A model generated the notes under the pieces. The model searched no databases. It had not been told where the DNA came from and saw only the letters and a program-made list of their open reading frames with translations. A stretch of 58,759 nucleotides of DNA from Minisyncoccota bacterium (lineage in GTDB: Bacteria > Patescibacteriota > Minisyncoccia > Phycocordibacterales > UBA12079), in the NCBI GenBank assembly GCA_023140255.1, contig JAGLLX010000009.1, positions 1 to 58,759 of the forward strand, given 5' to 3'. The translations under genes were made by a program, and so were the position numbers. Of this stretch, positions 32,896-42,530 are shown in pieces; the stretch's first letter is position 1; every line of letters starts with the position of its first letter.

Positions 32896-33435
32896 TTAAG
32901 CTGTTGCTGTCCTTTCTTTTTTGATCGGAAGGTTACAGTCTTCATAACTGTCACATTCGTCACAATTATGGAAGCAACGTATTACAGAAATTCCCAATAC
33001 CTCTTCAAGGAACATACCAAAGGGATCCTTTTCTTGTTTTTGCAGAATCTGAACGACTTGATACTCTTCACGAATTCCAATGCTCTGAATATCGTGCCCG
33101 TCTTTTTCAAGACGACCTCGGACAGTTTTCCACAAAAAGTCTTGCATGGATTTGCAGTCTGCTCGCAGTGTTTCAGCCTTTTCCTTTTGGCTTTGTGAAA
33201 GTGAATTTGAAGCCGTGGGAAGGCTTTTAATACATGCGTTAAACTCATCAACCAAAGAGTTTCCCGTTGAAAACAAGGCTTTCTCAAAAAGGTTTAACTC
33301 ATGAATGATTTTTTCATTCTCCGCGATTTGCTCATCAGGAGCCGGCAAGAAATCTTCGCTAATCATGAACCCAATGACCCTTTCCATCCAAGTCCCTTCA
33401 AATTTTTTCTGAAAATCAACCAGGTCTTTTAACAT
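32896..33435 (-). CDS. Hypothetical protein with a C-terminal Cys cluster
   Basis: ATG at 33435 with SD aagggag (the track extends to 33528). Ends CFHNCDECDSYEDCNLP. Visibly GC-richer than its neighbours. Confidence 0.55.
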   Translation of the reverse strand: MLKDLVDFQKKFEGTWMERVIGFMISEDFLPAPDEQIAENEKIIHELNLFEKALFSTGNSLVDEFNACIKSLPTASNSLSQSQKEKAETLRADCKSMQDFLWKTVRGRLEKDGHDIQSIGIREEYQVVQILQKQEKDPFGMFLEEVLGISVIRCFHNCDECDSYEDCNLPIKKERTATA

Positions 33436-33543
33436 TGTATTTCTCCCTTTTTTTCTGATTGTTGTCTTCCGATATTGGAAATTATAAGAACTACTTAAAC
33501 TTCCTGTATTTAACCAAATATTAGTCAATATGTCAATGGTTTT

Positions 33544-33574
33544 AAAATAGTAGTACTCCGAGCACTACTATTTT
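33544..33574. repeat. TAGTAG-family hairpin
   Basis: aaaatagtagtactccgagcactactatttt, overlapping the stop of 33573..34559. Confidence 0.6.
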
Positions 33575-34559
33575 ATTTATTTTTTGCAAATTCTCTCAGG
33601 TCTTCATGTTTATCATTTTCATCTACAATTTCTGATTTAATAATTTCTTCCAAAATGTCTTCTAGGCTTATTACTCCAACTATTCCATTAAATTCACCTT
33701 TAACTAAAAACAGATGTTGTCGAGTTTTTAAAAACTCGTTAAAAATAGTATCTAAGTTTTCATTTTCATCAATGAAAATTACTTTTTCATTAGCAATCTC
33801 ACCTACAGTTTTCCCCATATTCTTTTTACCTAATAATTGGGATAAATATAATATACCTACTACATTATCCGGGCTATTTTTATAGACAGGAACTCTAGAA
33901 AAACGGGTTTCTCTAAATATTTCCAAAAAATCTTCATCAATTATTTGTGAAAATTCAAATGCTGTTATTACTGTTCTAGGGGTCATTACGTCTCTTACTA
34001 TCGTATCAGAAAAAGTTAAAGCTCCCTTTATTATTCGTTCTTCATCTAAATCAATAGATGATTCTTGAGTGTCTTCATGCTCTTCAACAATTTTTATTAA
34101 TTCTTTTTTTGAATAAATAGTAGCTAATTCCTTTCCTAAAGATTTATCAAGCATCCATGCGATTGGCCAAGAAATAGGATAAAAAATAAAGATAAAAATT
34201 TTAACAATCCAAATTACTTTTGCTCCTAATTGAAGAGCAAAACGAGAAAAAATTGCTTGAGGTATAATTTCTCCAAAAACAACAATAAGTCCAGTAGCGA
34301 TTAACCCAGCAACAAGGCCAGAAGCTATTGACCCTAAGAAAATAGCTAAAGCAGAGTTTATAGCAACATTTCCTAACAATAATGTAGTTAATAACAAGTT
34401 CCCTTCTTTTCTGATTGGATAAATCTTTTTAGCGTTTTTGTCTCCCAAAGACATTTTTCTTTTAAGTTCTGGGGTATTTAGACTCATTAAACCCAAAGTT
34501 AGCCCTGAAAATAAAGCTGAGAACAAAAGAAGTATTATAATAATGAAGTAATTGAGCAT
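33573..34559 (-). CDS. CNNM/TlyC-family protein (DUF21 TM domain plus CBS pair)
   Basis: 328 aa; four N-terminal TM helices, then a CBS-pair region (VRDVMTPR...). Confidence 0.85.
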   Translation of the reverse strand: MLNYFIIIILLLFSALFSGLTLGLMSLNTPELKRKMSLGDKNAKKIYPIRKEGNLLLTTLLLGNVAINSALAIFLGSIASGLVAGLIATGLIVVFGEIIPQAIFSRFALQLGAKVIWIVKIFIFIFYPISWPIAWMLDKSLGKELATIYSKKELIKIVEEHEDTQESSIDLDEERIIKGALTFSDTIVRDVMTPRTVITAFEFSQIIDEDFLEIFRETRFSRVPVYKNSPDNVVGILYLSQLLGKKNMGKTVGEIANEKVIFIDENENLDTIFNEFLKTRQHLFLVKGEFNGIVGVISLEDILEEIIKSEIVDENDKHEDLREFAKNK

Positions 34560-34600
34560 ATATTTATATAAATATTAATTTTTAATTTATTAAACAAAAT

Positions 34601-35011
34601 TTAAATTAAACCAGATAAATCAGCTTCCTTATAATTTGGACCTTTTAAAATTTTACCATCTTCTCTAAGAATCGGCTTACCGTCTTCTCCTAATTTACTC
34701 ATATTTGATTTATGTTTTCGTAAAAAGGCTTCTCTAAAATTTTCAAATTGTTTTATTGCTACAGCTGTTCCAGAAAGGACAACCTGTATATCAGCCATTT
34801 CCGCTAAAGCTTTTTCAAAATCTCCCTTAGGAATTTCTTCTCCTTTTTCTAGTTTTTTAATCATAGAATCTAATTCTATAAAAAATTCTTTAACTTCTTC
34901 ATCAATTAGTGTTTTTCTTAGTTTAAGAATTTTAATACTAGGATTTTCTTTAATAGATACTCCAAAAGCTTTGTGAAATTCTTCTATATAGTCTTCGTTT
35001 GTTTTATTCAT
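34601..35011 (-). CDS. MazG-like all-alpha nucleotide pyrophosphohydrolase
   Basis: 136 aa; EExKEF and EMADIQVVL acidic helix motifs typical of small MazG-type NTP-PPases. Confidence 0.65.
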   Translation of the reverse strand: MNKTNEDYIEEFHKAFGVSIKENPSIKILKLRKTLIDEEVKEFFIELDSMIKKLEKGEEIPKGDFEKALAEMADIQVVLSGTAVAIKQFENFREAFLRKHKSNMSKLGEDGKPILREDGKILKGPNYKEADLSGLI

Positions 35012-35191
35012 TAGATTTTATTATAGCATGAATTTTGAAAGCTCATAAAATATCTCATTCCCTTGACCTCCGCTCGCTCAAATTTTTCTCCCTGAAAAAT
35101 TTAGCTTCGCAGCCTCCGTCTTTAGAATCCTATCTAACAACTAAAATAGTAAAACCCCAATGCTGTCGCATTAGGGCTTAACTATTTTATG

Positions 35192-35262
35192 TTGCCGGAC
35201 TAGGATTCGAACCCAGATTGGCGGAACCAAAATCCGCAGTCCTACCATTAGACGATCCGGCA
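35192..35262 (-). tRNA. tRNA-Gln (anticodon UUG)
   Basis: Hand-folded cloverleaf: acceptor TGCCGGA/TCCGGCA, anticodon arm GCGGA-TTTTGGT-TCCGC, T-arm CTGGG-TTCGAAT-CCTAG. Confidence 0.9.
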
Positions 35263-35273
35263 ATATTACTTCC

Positions 35274-36311
35274 CTATTTTACATCTTTTATTAATTTTAT
35301 CAACAGTAATTCTAGAGGTAATTGTGGAATATAAGAAAGTTTAATCTGAGAAGAACTTTCTATTAATTCTATTAATGTCTGAGAATTTAAATTTGAATCT
35401 TTATCTTCAGCTAATTTTTTAATAAATTCAAAATCTTTTTCTGAAAAATCATTTTGAATATCCTTAATCATATCTTTAGCAAAACGAGTTAATAAAATAG
35501 CTCTAATTTTATGCATTATTAATTTTAGAAACATTTGAGTGTCAGTACTATTTTCCAAGGCTTCTTGAATCGCACTTAATCCCCTTTCTAAATCTTTTTC
35601 TGCAATAGCCAAAATAAAGTTATTTACCAAATCTCCTTTAGGAGCTCCTGTAATTTTTTCTACTTCTTGAAGGCTTATTTTTGAGTCACTAGAAGTTGAA
35701 ATAACTTTTTGTAGTATTCCTAATGTATCTCGAAATGAACCTTCTCCTAACAAAGCAATTAAATCTTCTGCCCCGTCTTCTAATTTCAATTTTTCTTTTT
35801 TACAAACATCTAAAATAGCCTTTTTTAGAATTTCTAAAGAAGGTTTTTTAAAGGTAAAAGTCTGACATCTTGATAAGATAGTATCTGGTATTTTTTCAAT
35901 TTCAGTTGTAGCTAGAATAAAAACAACATGCTTAGGAGGTTCTTCTAATGTCTTTAAGAGTGCGTTAAAAGCTTCTTTGGTAAGCATATGAACCTCATCT
36001 ATAATATATACTTTGTACGGGGATTCAAAAGGTAAAACCTTAACTGCTTCACGAAGCTCTCTGATGTCATCAATTCCTCGATTAGAAGCAGCGTCAATTT
36101 CGTTTAAATCATTAACTGAACATTTTATTTCTTGAGCTAAAAGTCTGGCTACAGAAGTTTTTCCTGTTCCTCTAGTGCCTGAGAATAAATAAGCATGAGC
36201 TATATTCTCTAAAGAAATAGCTTTTTGGATAGTATCTGTGATATGTTCTTGTCCTAAAACTTCTGAAAATTTTTGCGGACGATATTTCCTGTATAGTACG
36301 AGATTAGTCAT
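35274..36311 (-). CDS. dnaX: DNA polymerase III subunit gamma/tau (short form)
   Basis: LYRKYRPQKF, Walker A GTRGTGKTS, DEVHML; ATG at 36311 preferred over the TTG at 36317. Confidence 0.9.
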   Translation of the reverse strand: MTNLVLYRKYRPQKFSEVLGQEHITDTIQKAISLENIAHAYLFSGTRGTGKTSVARLLAQEIKCSVNDLNEIDAASNRGIDDIRELREAVKVLPFESPYKVYIIDEVHMLTKEAFNALLKTLEEPPKHVVFILATTEIEKIPDTILSRCQTFTFKKPSLEILKKAILDVCKKEKLKLEDGAEDLIALLGEGSFRDTLGILQKVISTSSDSKISLQEVEKITGAPKGDLVNNFILAIAEKDLERGLSAIQEALENSTDTQMFLKLIMHKIRAILLTRFAKDMIKDIQNDFSEKDFEFIKKLAEDKDSNLNSQTLIELIESSSQIKLSYIPQLPLELLLIKLIKDVK

Positions 36312-36350
36312 AAACAATATTATAACATAGATAAAATTTATATAAAAAAG

Positions 36351-36382
36351 CCAATCGTCGGCTCTGTTGAGCCGACGATTGG
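36351..36382 (-). terminator. Hairpin terminator after rnc
   Basis: ccaatcgtcggctc tgtt gagccgacgattgg; T-run on the minus strand. Confidence 0.7.
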
Positions 36383-36398
36383 GATTTTAATTTTTTAT

Positions 36399-37091
36399 TT
36401 ATGCCCACTGTTTAGCTTTTAAAGCTTCTTTTGCAGCTTCTTGCTCGGCCTCTTGTTTTGAGATGCCTTCCCCCGTTGAGATAGTCTTTCCTTTTAGAGT
36501 AACTTCTACTTTAAATTTTTTAGCATGATCAGGTCCAGTTTCACTGACTGTTTTGTAAATAGGGGTTGTTCTTTCAAATTCCTGAGCTTTCTCTTGAAAA
36601 TGACTTTTAGCATCTTGCCATAATGAATTTTCAACTACGGCATCTGTTATTGAAAGAAAATAAGTTTCAATAAATTTAGCTGAGGAATCATATCCTTGAT
36701 CTAAATAAATTGCTCCTATGATTGCTTCTACCACATTTGCAATAATATAAGTTCTAGCTCTACCCACATCTTTTGCTTCTCCTTTTGATAGTAATAAGTA
36801 ATCATTTACTTTTAATTCCTCAGCTACTCTTAATAAAGAAGTTGTATTTACGATTGCTGATCTATAAGCAGTTAAAACACCCTCTTTTTCTTCAGGAAAT
36901 TTATTAAATAAATAATGAGTAGTTACTAATTCTAAAACAGCATCTCCTAAGAATTCTAATCTTTCATTATGCTTTAAATCTGGTCCTTTGTTTTCATTTA
37001 GATAAGAGCGATGAGTAAAAGCTCTTTGCAAAAGATCAAGATTATTAAATTTTATATTTATTTTTTCCGAAAATCTTTCAAAATCAGTCAT
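36399..37091 (-). CDS. rnc: Ribonuclease III
   Basis: ERLEFLGDAVL signature, C-terminal dsRBD. Confidence 0.95.
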   Translation of the reverse strand: MTDFERFSEKINIKFNNLDLLQRAFTHRSYLNENKGPDLKHNERLEFLGDAVLELVTTHYLFNKFPEEKEGVLTAYRSAIVNTTSLLRVAEELKVNDYLLLSKGEAKDVGRARTYIIANVVEAIIGAIYLDQGYDSSAKFIETYFLSITDAVVENSLWQDAKSHFQEKAQEFERTTPIYKTVSETGPDHAKKFKVEVTLKGKTISTGEGISKQEAEQEAAKEALKAKQWA

Positions 37092-37100
37092 AGTCTTTTT

Positions 37101-38012
37101 TTATAAGTCTTTAGTTTTTAATATTTCTTTCCCCTTTTCAATTATAGGAACTATATCATTATATAGATTTAACTCTGATAGATCATTTAGTTTAAACCAT
37201 TTTACGTTATCTAACCCTCCAGATTCATCTCCTTTTTGTAAACTAAGAGAATCATGCTCTGCTTTAGCTAAATAATAAATTACTTGTCTCCTTACTTTAC
37301 CTCTCTTAGGGCTATTAGCAATATATTCATTTTCTCCAATCTTATCTATAATTTCAATATCCAAACCCATTTTTTCTTTAGCTTCTCTTACAGCACATTC
37401 TTTTTCACTTTCTCCTTCTTCTAAACCTCCTTTTGAAAGAGTCCAGTGTCCGAAAATATCGTGAACTAAAGCTGTGCAAAGATTATTATCATGTATAGAA
37501 TAAACCATGGCACCACATTTTTTTTCAATGGGCATTTTTTCATAAGGAGTATCATCTTTTTTATTCTTACTTGTTTCGTGTTTTTGAGGTTCTCCTAATT
37601 CTTTGTAAATAGTTCCTAGTACTCCACTTATAAATTTACTACTATTTTCTCCACCAAAAGCTTTTGACAATTCAATTGCTTCATTAATAGCTACTTTGGG
37701 AGGGACTTCTTTTCTATCTGAAAATAACAATTCACAAATTCCTATTCTTAAAATATTCCTATCTATTACAGGAATTTTATCTATCGGCCACTGAGGAGCA
37801 GCTTGTTTGATAATATTGTCTAATTCTTTTTGTTTTTCAAGAATGCAGTTTATTATTTTTTCTGCAAAAGGAGGAACTTCAGATGTCTGAGCAAAATCTT
37901 CTATATTTTTCGCTAATATCTCATGAATATCTGTTTTATTGATATCATCTCTTGCATCCCACTCAAAAAGAGATTGAAGGGCTATTGATCTTAATAAATG
38001 TCTATCTAACAT
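37101..38012 (-). CDS. nusB: NusB antitermination factor fused to a Nudix hydrolase domain
   Basis: N-terminal ~140 aa NusB-like (LRSIALQSLFEWD ... AINEAIELSKAFG). C-terminal Nudix box GGLEEGESEKECAVREAKEKMGL. Confidence 0.82.
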   Translation of the reverse strand: MLDRHLLRSIALQSLFEWDARDDINKTDIHEILAKNIEDFAQTSEVPPFAEKIINCILEKQKELDNIIKQAAPQWPIDKIPVIDRNILRIGICELLFSDRKEVPPKVAINEAIELSKAFGGENSSKFISGVLGTIYKELGEPQKHETSKNKKDDTPYEKMPIEKKCGAMVYSIHDNNLCTALVHDIFGHWTLSKGGLEEGESEKECAVREAKEKMGLDIEIIDKIGENEYIANSPKRGKVRRQVIYYLAKAEHDSLSLQKGDESGGLDNVKWFKLNDLSELNLYNDIVPIIEKGKEILKTKDL

Positions 38013-38080
38013 ATTTTAAACTAAAAATTTAATTCGTCAGCTGACGAAGAAAAAGTAAAAAAGACATTTTTACTTTTTAT

Positions 38081-38386
38081 TTATTTACTTTTTTTAGATA
38101 ACTTTTTCAAATCCAGATTTTTTTCTTCTTCCTTATCTGTTTCTTTAGCATTAGGGTCAATTCCTAGTGATTTCATTTTAGCAATTTGTCTTTCGTTTTT
38201 CTTTGCTATTTTAGCATTTATATCTATAACTTCTTTATCTTTGTAGTAACCACAATTATCGCACATTCTATGACGTAAATGAAGAGAGCCACATTTTGGA
38301 CATGTGGATAATCTAGGTTCTTTTATTCCATGGTGTGAGCGACGACTTCCTGTCTTACCACTTGTTATTCTCATTCTTGATGACAT
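38081..38386 (-). CDS. rpmF: 50S ribosomal protein L32 with a Lys/Glu-rich C-terminal extension
   Basis: TSGKTGSRRSHHG ... CPKCGSLHLRHRMCDNCGYY core; 101 aa total. Confidence 0.88.
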   Translation of the reverse strand: MSSRMRITSGKTGSRRSHHGIKEPRLSTCPKCGSLHLRHRMCDNCGYYKDKEVIDINAKIAKKNERQIAKMKSLGIDPNAKETDKEEEKNLDLKKLSKKSK

Positions 38387-38496
38387 ATAACCTTGAATTA
38401 TAGACTATTTCCCCAAAAAAGCAACCTATTTATTACTAAAAAGGACCGCTTTTATATACCTTTTATCTTTTGGCTTTTTATTTTATACTATCTAAT

Positions 38497-41400
38497 ATGT
38501 TTAAATTCTCACACCTACATACTCACAGCCATTATAGTCTTTTAACAGCTCTTCCTAAAATAAAAGATCTAGTTTCTAAGGCAAAAGAATATGATATGCC
38601 TGCGCTTGCTCTGACTGATAACGGAAATATGTATGGAACGATTGAATTTTATCAAGAGTGTTTAAAACAAAAAATTAAACCTATTATAGGAGTTGATTTT
38701 TATGTGGCTCTAAAAACTAAAGAAGATAAAAGATCAGGGATTGATAATAGAAATCATCGTTTAATTTTGTTAGCTAAAAATGAAACAGGTTATAAAAACT
38801 TAATTCACTTAGTCAGCCAAGCCTATTTAAAAGGATTCTATTATAGACCAAGAATTGATCGAGAACTGCTTAAGGAATTTAAAGAAGGTTTAATTTGTAT
38901 TATGCCTCAATTTAGTGGTGAAGCTCCGAAAGCTTTGGAATATAACGATATTGAAAAAGCGACAGATATAATAAATTGGTATCAAAAAACTTTTTCTGAT
39001 TTTTATTTAGAAATAGTTCACCATCCAGAAATAGAAGGTCAAACTGAATTAAAAAAGAAAGTTATAGATTTTGCTAAAAATAAAAAAGTTCCTTTAGTTG
39101 CTTGTCAGGATGTTTATTATATAAATTCTGATGATAAAAAAGCTAGGGATATTTTAATGTCTATTCAAAGTTCTGGTTCTAGACATAGAAATGAAAATGA
39201 AGATTTTTCTTTTATTAACCAAGAAACTGCAAATAAATATTTTGAAGATACACCTGAAGCTTTAGAAAATATTCAGAAAATTGCGGACAAGTGCAATCTT
39301 GAAATAGATATTGATTCTTGGATATTCCCTGACATTGATATTCCTGAAGGAGAAACTTACGATTCTCAATTAAGAAAAACTACATATGCTGGATTTGAAA
39401 AAAGAGGAATTACAAAAACTCCAGAATTAGAAAAACGGGTTGAATATGAACTAGAAATTATTAAAAACAAAGGTTACTCTTCATATTTCTTAATTATCGC
39501 TGACTTAATTAATTATGCTAGAAGCGTTCACATCTTAACTAATACCAGAGGTTCTGCTGCTGGTTCATTAGTTTCTTATTTAAATTTTATTACAAAGGTA
39601 AACCCCATAGAATTAAAAATTCCTTTTGAAAGATTTATGAACCCTGGACGTCCAGGAATTCCTGATATTGATGTAGATATTGCCGATATCCGTAGAGATG
39701 ATGTTATTGATTATTTAAGAGAAAAATATGGAAAAAAAGCAGTAGCTCAAATTGGAACTTTCGGAACAATGGCTGCTCGTGGTTCTGTGCGTGATGTAAC
39801 AAGAGCTTTAGGACTTCCTTACGAACTAGGAGATAAGATTGCTAAATTAATCCCAATGGGTTCACAAGGTTTTCCTATGACAATAGACAGAGCTTTAGAA
39901 ATGGAAAAAGATTTGCAAGAATTAGAAAAAAAAGATAAAGATGTTCAGGAAATTATAAAATACGCTAAGAAAATTGAAGGCTGTGCTAGACATATTTCTA
40001 CACATGCTGCTGGTGTTTTAATCTCTCCTACCAGAGTAGATGATTACACACCTGTGCAATTAGATAAGGAAGGAAAAATTATTACTCAATATGATATGTA
40101 TACAGGAAATCGTGACGGAGTAGTAAACTTACCTAAATTTGATATTTTGGGAATTAAAAACTTATCTATTTTGGCTAACGCTATTTATTTAGTGAAAAAA
40201 CTGAGAGGAGTAGAAGTTGATTTAGATAATATTGATTTAGAAGACAAGAAAACATACGAGATGTTGGCTCGAGGAGAAACTCTAGGAACTTTCCAATTAA
40301 ACGGGCAAGGAATGACTCAATATTTAAAAGAATTAAAACCTAAAACTATCTGGGATATTATGGCGATGGTAGCTCTTTATCGTCCAGGACCAATGGCTTT
40401 TATCCATGATTATATTGAAAGAAAGAAAAATCCAGGATTAGTTACTTATCTCCATCCAGAATTAAAGAATATTTTAGAGCCAACTTATGGGATTATCATT
40501 TATCAAGATGATGTCATGCTTATCGCTGTAAATTTAGCTGGTTATACTTGGGCTGAAGCTGATAAATTTAGAAAAGCAATGGGAAAGAAAATTCCTGAAA
40601 TGATGCAAGAACAAAAAGAAAAATTCTTTAAAGGCTGTCTTGATCATGGGTTAGAAAAAAAAGTTATTGAAAGATTATGGTCAACGATTGAAACATTTGC
40701 AGCTTATGGTTTCAACAAAGCCCATTCAGCTTCTTATGGACGAGTAGCTTACGAAACTTCATATATGAAGGCTAACTTCCCTATTGAATATATGACAGCG
40801 TTATTAATGGCTGATTCAGGAGACACAGATAAAGTTTCTGAAATAATTTCCGAGTGTAAAAGATTAAAAATTGATGTACTTCCTCCAGACATTAATGAAT
40901 CCTTTACAAACTTTACTATTGTTAAAAATGAAAATGGAGATGATGCTATTCGTTTTGGGTTAGAAACTATTAAAAACTTTGGAGAAGGAATTGCTAATGA
41001 AATAATTTCTGAAAGAAAGAAAAATGGAAAATTTGAATCGTTAACTAATTTCTTAGAAAAAGTCCAAGGAAGAAATTTAAATAAAAAATCTTTAGAAGCT
41101 TTAACTATGTGTGGAGCAATGGATAAATTAGGAGAAAGAAATCAAATAATTCAAAATATGCCCGAGTTATTAAAATATAATAAAGAATTTGCTCTAAAAC
41201 CCAAAGAACAGGATTCATTATTTGGAGAAGATATTAGCGTCTCACAAATTACTCTTGAGAAAACAGAACCAGCTACTATAGAGGAAAAACTAGTTTGGGA
41301 GAAAGAATTATTAGGCTTATATATCTCAGGTCATCCTTTAGATAAATTTACTAAACAGCTCTCTAAAAGTAGAACTAGTTTAGGAAAAGTTAAAAAAGAA

Positions 41401-41658
41401 GCGATTGAAGGAATGGAAACTGTAGTTGCAGGGATAATAGAAGAATTTAAGATGGTTTTGACAAAAAAAGGAACCAAAATGGCTTTTGTTAGGCTAGCTG
41501 ATTTTAGTGGGTCAATAGAAGTAGTTGTTTTCCCTAAGATATATGAGGAATTTGTGGAACTATTAGAAGAAGAAAAATGTGTAATGATTAAGGGAAAAAT
41601 CTCCAAGAGAAATGACGAAACTTCATTAATAGCAGATAAGATTAAAGAACTTAAATAA
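38497..41658 (+). CDS. dnaE: DNA polymerase III alpha subunit
   Basis: PHP domain FSHLHTHSHYSLL, polymerase core, OB fold; ATG at 38497 (the track start is TTG at 38470). Confidence 0.96.
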   Translation: MFKFSHLHTHSHYSLLTALPKIKDLVSKAKEYDMPALALTDNGNMYGTIEFYQECLKQKIKPIIGVDFYVALKTKEDKRSGIDNRNHRLILLAKNETGYKNLIHLVSQAYLKGFYYRPRIDRELLKEFKEGLICIMPQFSGEAPKALEYNDIEKATDIINWYQKTFSDFYLEIVHHPEIEGQTELKKKVIDFAKNKKVPLVACQDVYYINSDDKKARDILMSIQSSGSRHRNENEDFSFINQETANKYFEDTPEALENIQKIADKCNLEIDIDSWIFPDIDIPEGETYDSQLRKTTYAGFEKRGITKTPELEKRVEYELEIIKNKGYSSYFLIIADLINYARSVHILTNTRGSAAGSLVSYLNFITKVNPIELKIPFERFMNPGRPGIPDIDVDIADIRRDDVIDYLREKYGKKAVAQIGTFGTMAARGSVRDVTRALGLPYELGDKIAKLIPMGSQGFPMTIDRALEMEKDLQELEKKDKDVQEIIKYAKKIEGCARHISTHAAGVLISPTRVDDYTPVQLDKEGKIITQYDMYTGNRDGVVNLPKFDILGIKNLSILANAIYLVKKLRGVEVDLDNIDLEDKKTYEMLARGETLGTFQLNGQGMTQYLKELKPKTIWDIMAMVALYRPGPMAFIHDYIERKKNPGLVTYLHPELKNILEPTYGIIIYQDDVMLIAVNLAGYTWAEADKFRKAMGKKIPEMMQEQKEKFFKGCLDHGLEKKVIERLWSTIETFAAYGFNKAHSASYGRVAYETSYMKANFPIEYMTALLMADSGDTDKVSEIISECKRLKIDVLPPDINESFTNFTIVKNENGDDAIRFGLETIKNFGEGIANEIISERKKNGKFESLTNFLEKVQGRNLNKKSLEALTMCGAMDKLGERNQIIQNMPELLKYNKEFALKPKEQDSLFGEDISVSQITLEKTEPATIEEKLVWEKELLGLYISGHPLDKFTKQLSKSRTSLGKVKKEAIEGMETVVAGIIEEFKMVLTKKGTKMAFVRLADFSGSIEVVVFPKIYEEFVELLEEEKCVMIKGKISKRNDETSLIADKIKELK

Positions 41659-41722
41659 CTTCAAAATTAGATAAAATTCGAGGAAGTGAAAAAAGATTTT
41701 GGAGTTATTAAGTTTTTAAAGG

Positions 41723-42280
41723 TTATTTTTTTCTTGCCATAATACTTGCTCGGTGTTCTTCTTCGTATTGGATTATTTCCCATTCAGGAACTGTATAAAA
41801 AGACTCTAAAACACCTGCTTCAAAGATATAAGGAAGATTATTTCTCATATTTTGCATCATTTTTGCAACAAATATGTTAATTCCCCCACTTTCTGTGTGA
41901 TTTTGCACCCAATCCATCAATTTTTGGATATCTGAATATTCTAAAAAGTGTAACAAGCCAATTCCGATAATCATATCAAATTTATCTGTAAGTTCTAAAT
42001 CAAGTACATTAGAGTTAATTAGGGTTAACTTATCTTGGTAATTCCCTGCTTTTTCTTTTAAATTTTCTAATCCCTCCTTAGACATATCTACCCCTGTTAC
42101 GTTAAAACCGTTTTTTAGAAGATAGATTGCATTTCTTCCATCTCCAACTCCAAGGTCTAAAACCTTTCCGTCTTTTTTTAGTGTTTTTATCGCTTCAACA
42201 ACTAATGGCATAGGTTCATTACCAAATAATGCTTTGCCTTGTTTATACCTTGAATCAAATATATCGTTAAATTTATTCAT
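41723..42280 (-). CDS. Class I SAM-dependent methyltransferase (TehB-like)
   Basis: VLDLGVGDGRNAIYL motif I, 185 aa. Confidence 0.78.
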   Translation of the reverse strand: MNKFNDIFDSRYKQGKALFGNEPMPLVVEAIKTLKKDGKVLDLGVGDGRNAIYLLKNGFNVTGVDMSKEGLENLKEKAGNYQDKLTLINSNVLDLELTDKFDMIIGIGLLHFLEYSDIQKLMDWVQNHTESGGINIFVAKMMQNMRNNLPYIFEAGVLESFYTVPEWEIIQYEEEHRASIMARKK

Positions 42281-42364
42281 ACATTTATTATATCACAAGT
42301 AAAAACTCTCCTATAATATATCTTTTGATTTTAAATTTTAAACTGATATAATCATTCTAAATTT

Positions 42365-42436
42365 GGCTCTATCGTCTAACGGTTAGGACGTCGCCTTCTC
42401 AAGGCGGAAATTTGGGTTCGATTCCCAGTAGAGTCA
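42365..42436 (+). tRNA. tRNA-Glu (anticodon CUC)
   Basis: Acceptor GGCTCTA/TAGAGTC, anticodon arm TCGCC-TTCTCAA-GGCGG, T-loop GGGTTCGATTCCC. Confidence 0.9.
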
Positions 42437-42443
42437 CACTTTT

Positions 42444-42503
42444 AAAACTCCTACTATTCCAGCCTGCCGGCAAAGGCAGGTTAACTGGAATAGTAGGAGT
42501 TTT
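42444..42503. terminator. Composite long hairpin between tRNA-Glu and murJ
   Basis: aaaactcctactattccag ... ctggaatagtaggagtttt enclosing cctgcc ggcaaa ggcagg. Confidence 0.65.
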
Positions 42504-42530
42504 AAATTATTATATTTAAAGATTTTAAAC

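Noticed and set aside
32775-33287. ORFs 32775..32963 (-), 32875..33198 (+) and 32982..33287 (-)
   Set aside because: They overlap the better-supported 32896..33435 gene (SD, terminator) or cross the bidirectional terminator at 32841..32877.
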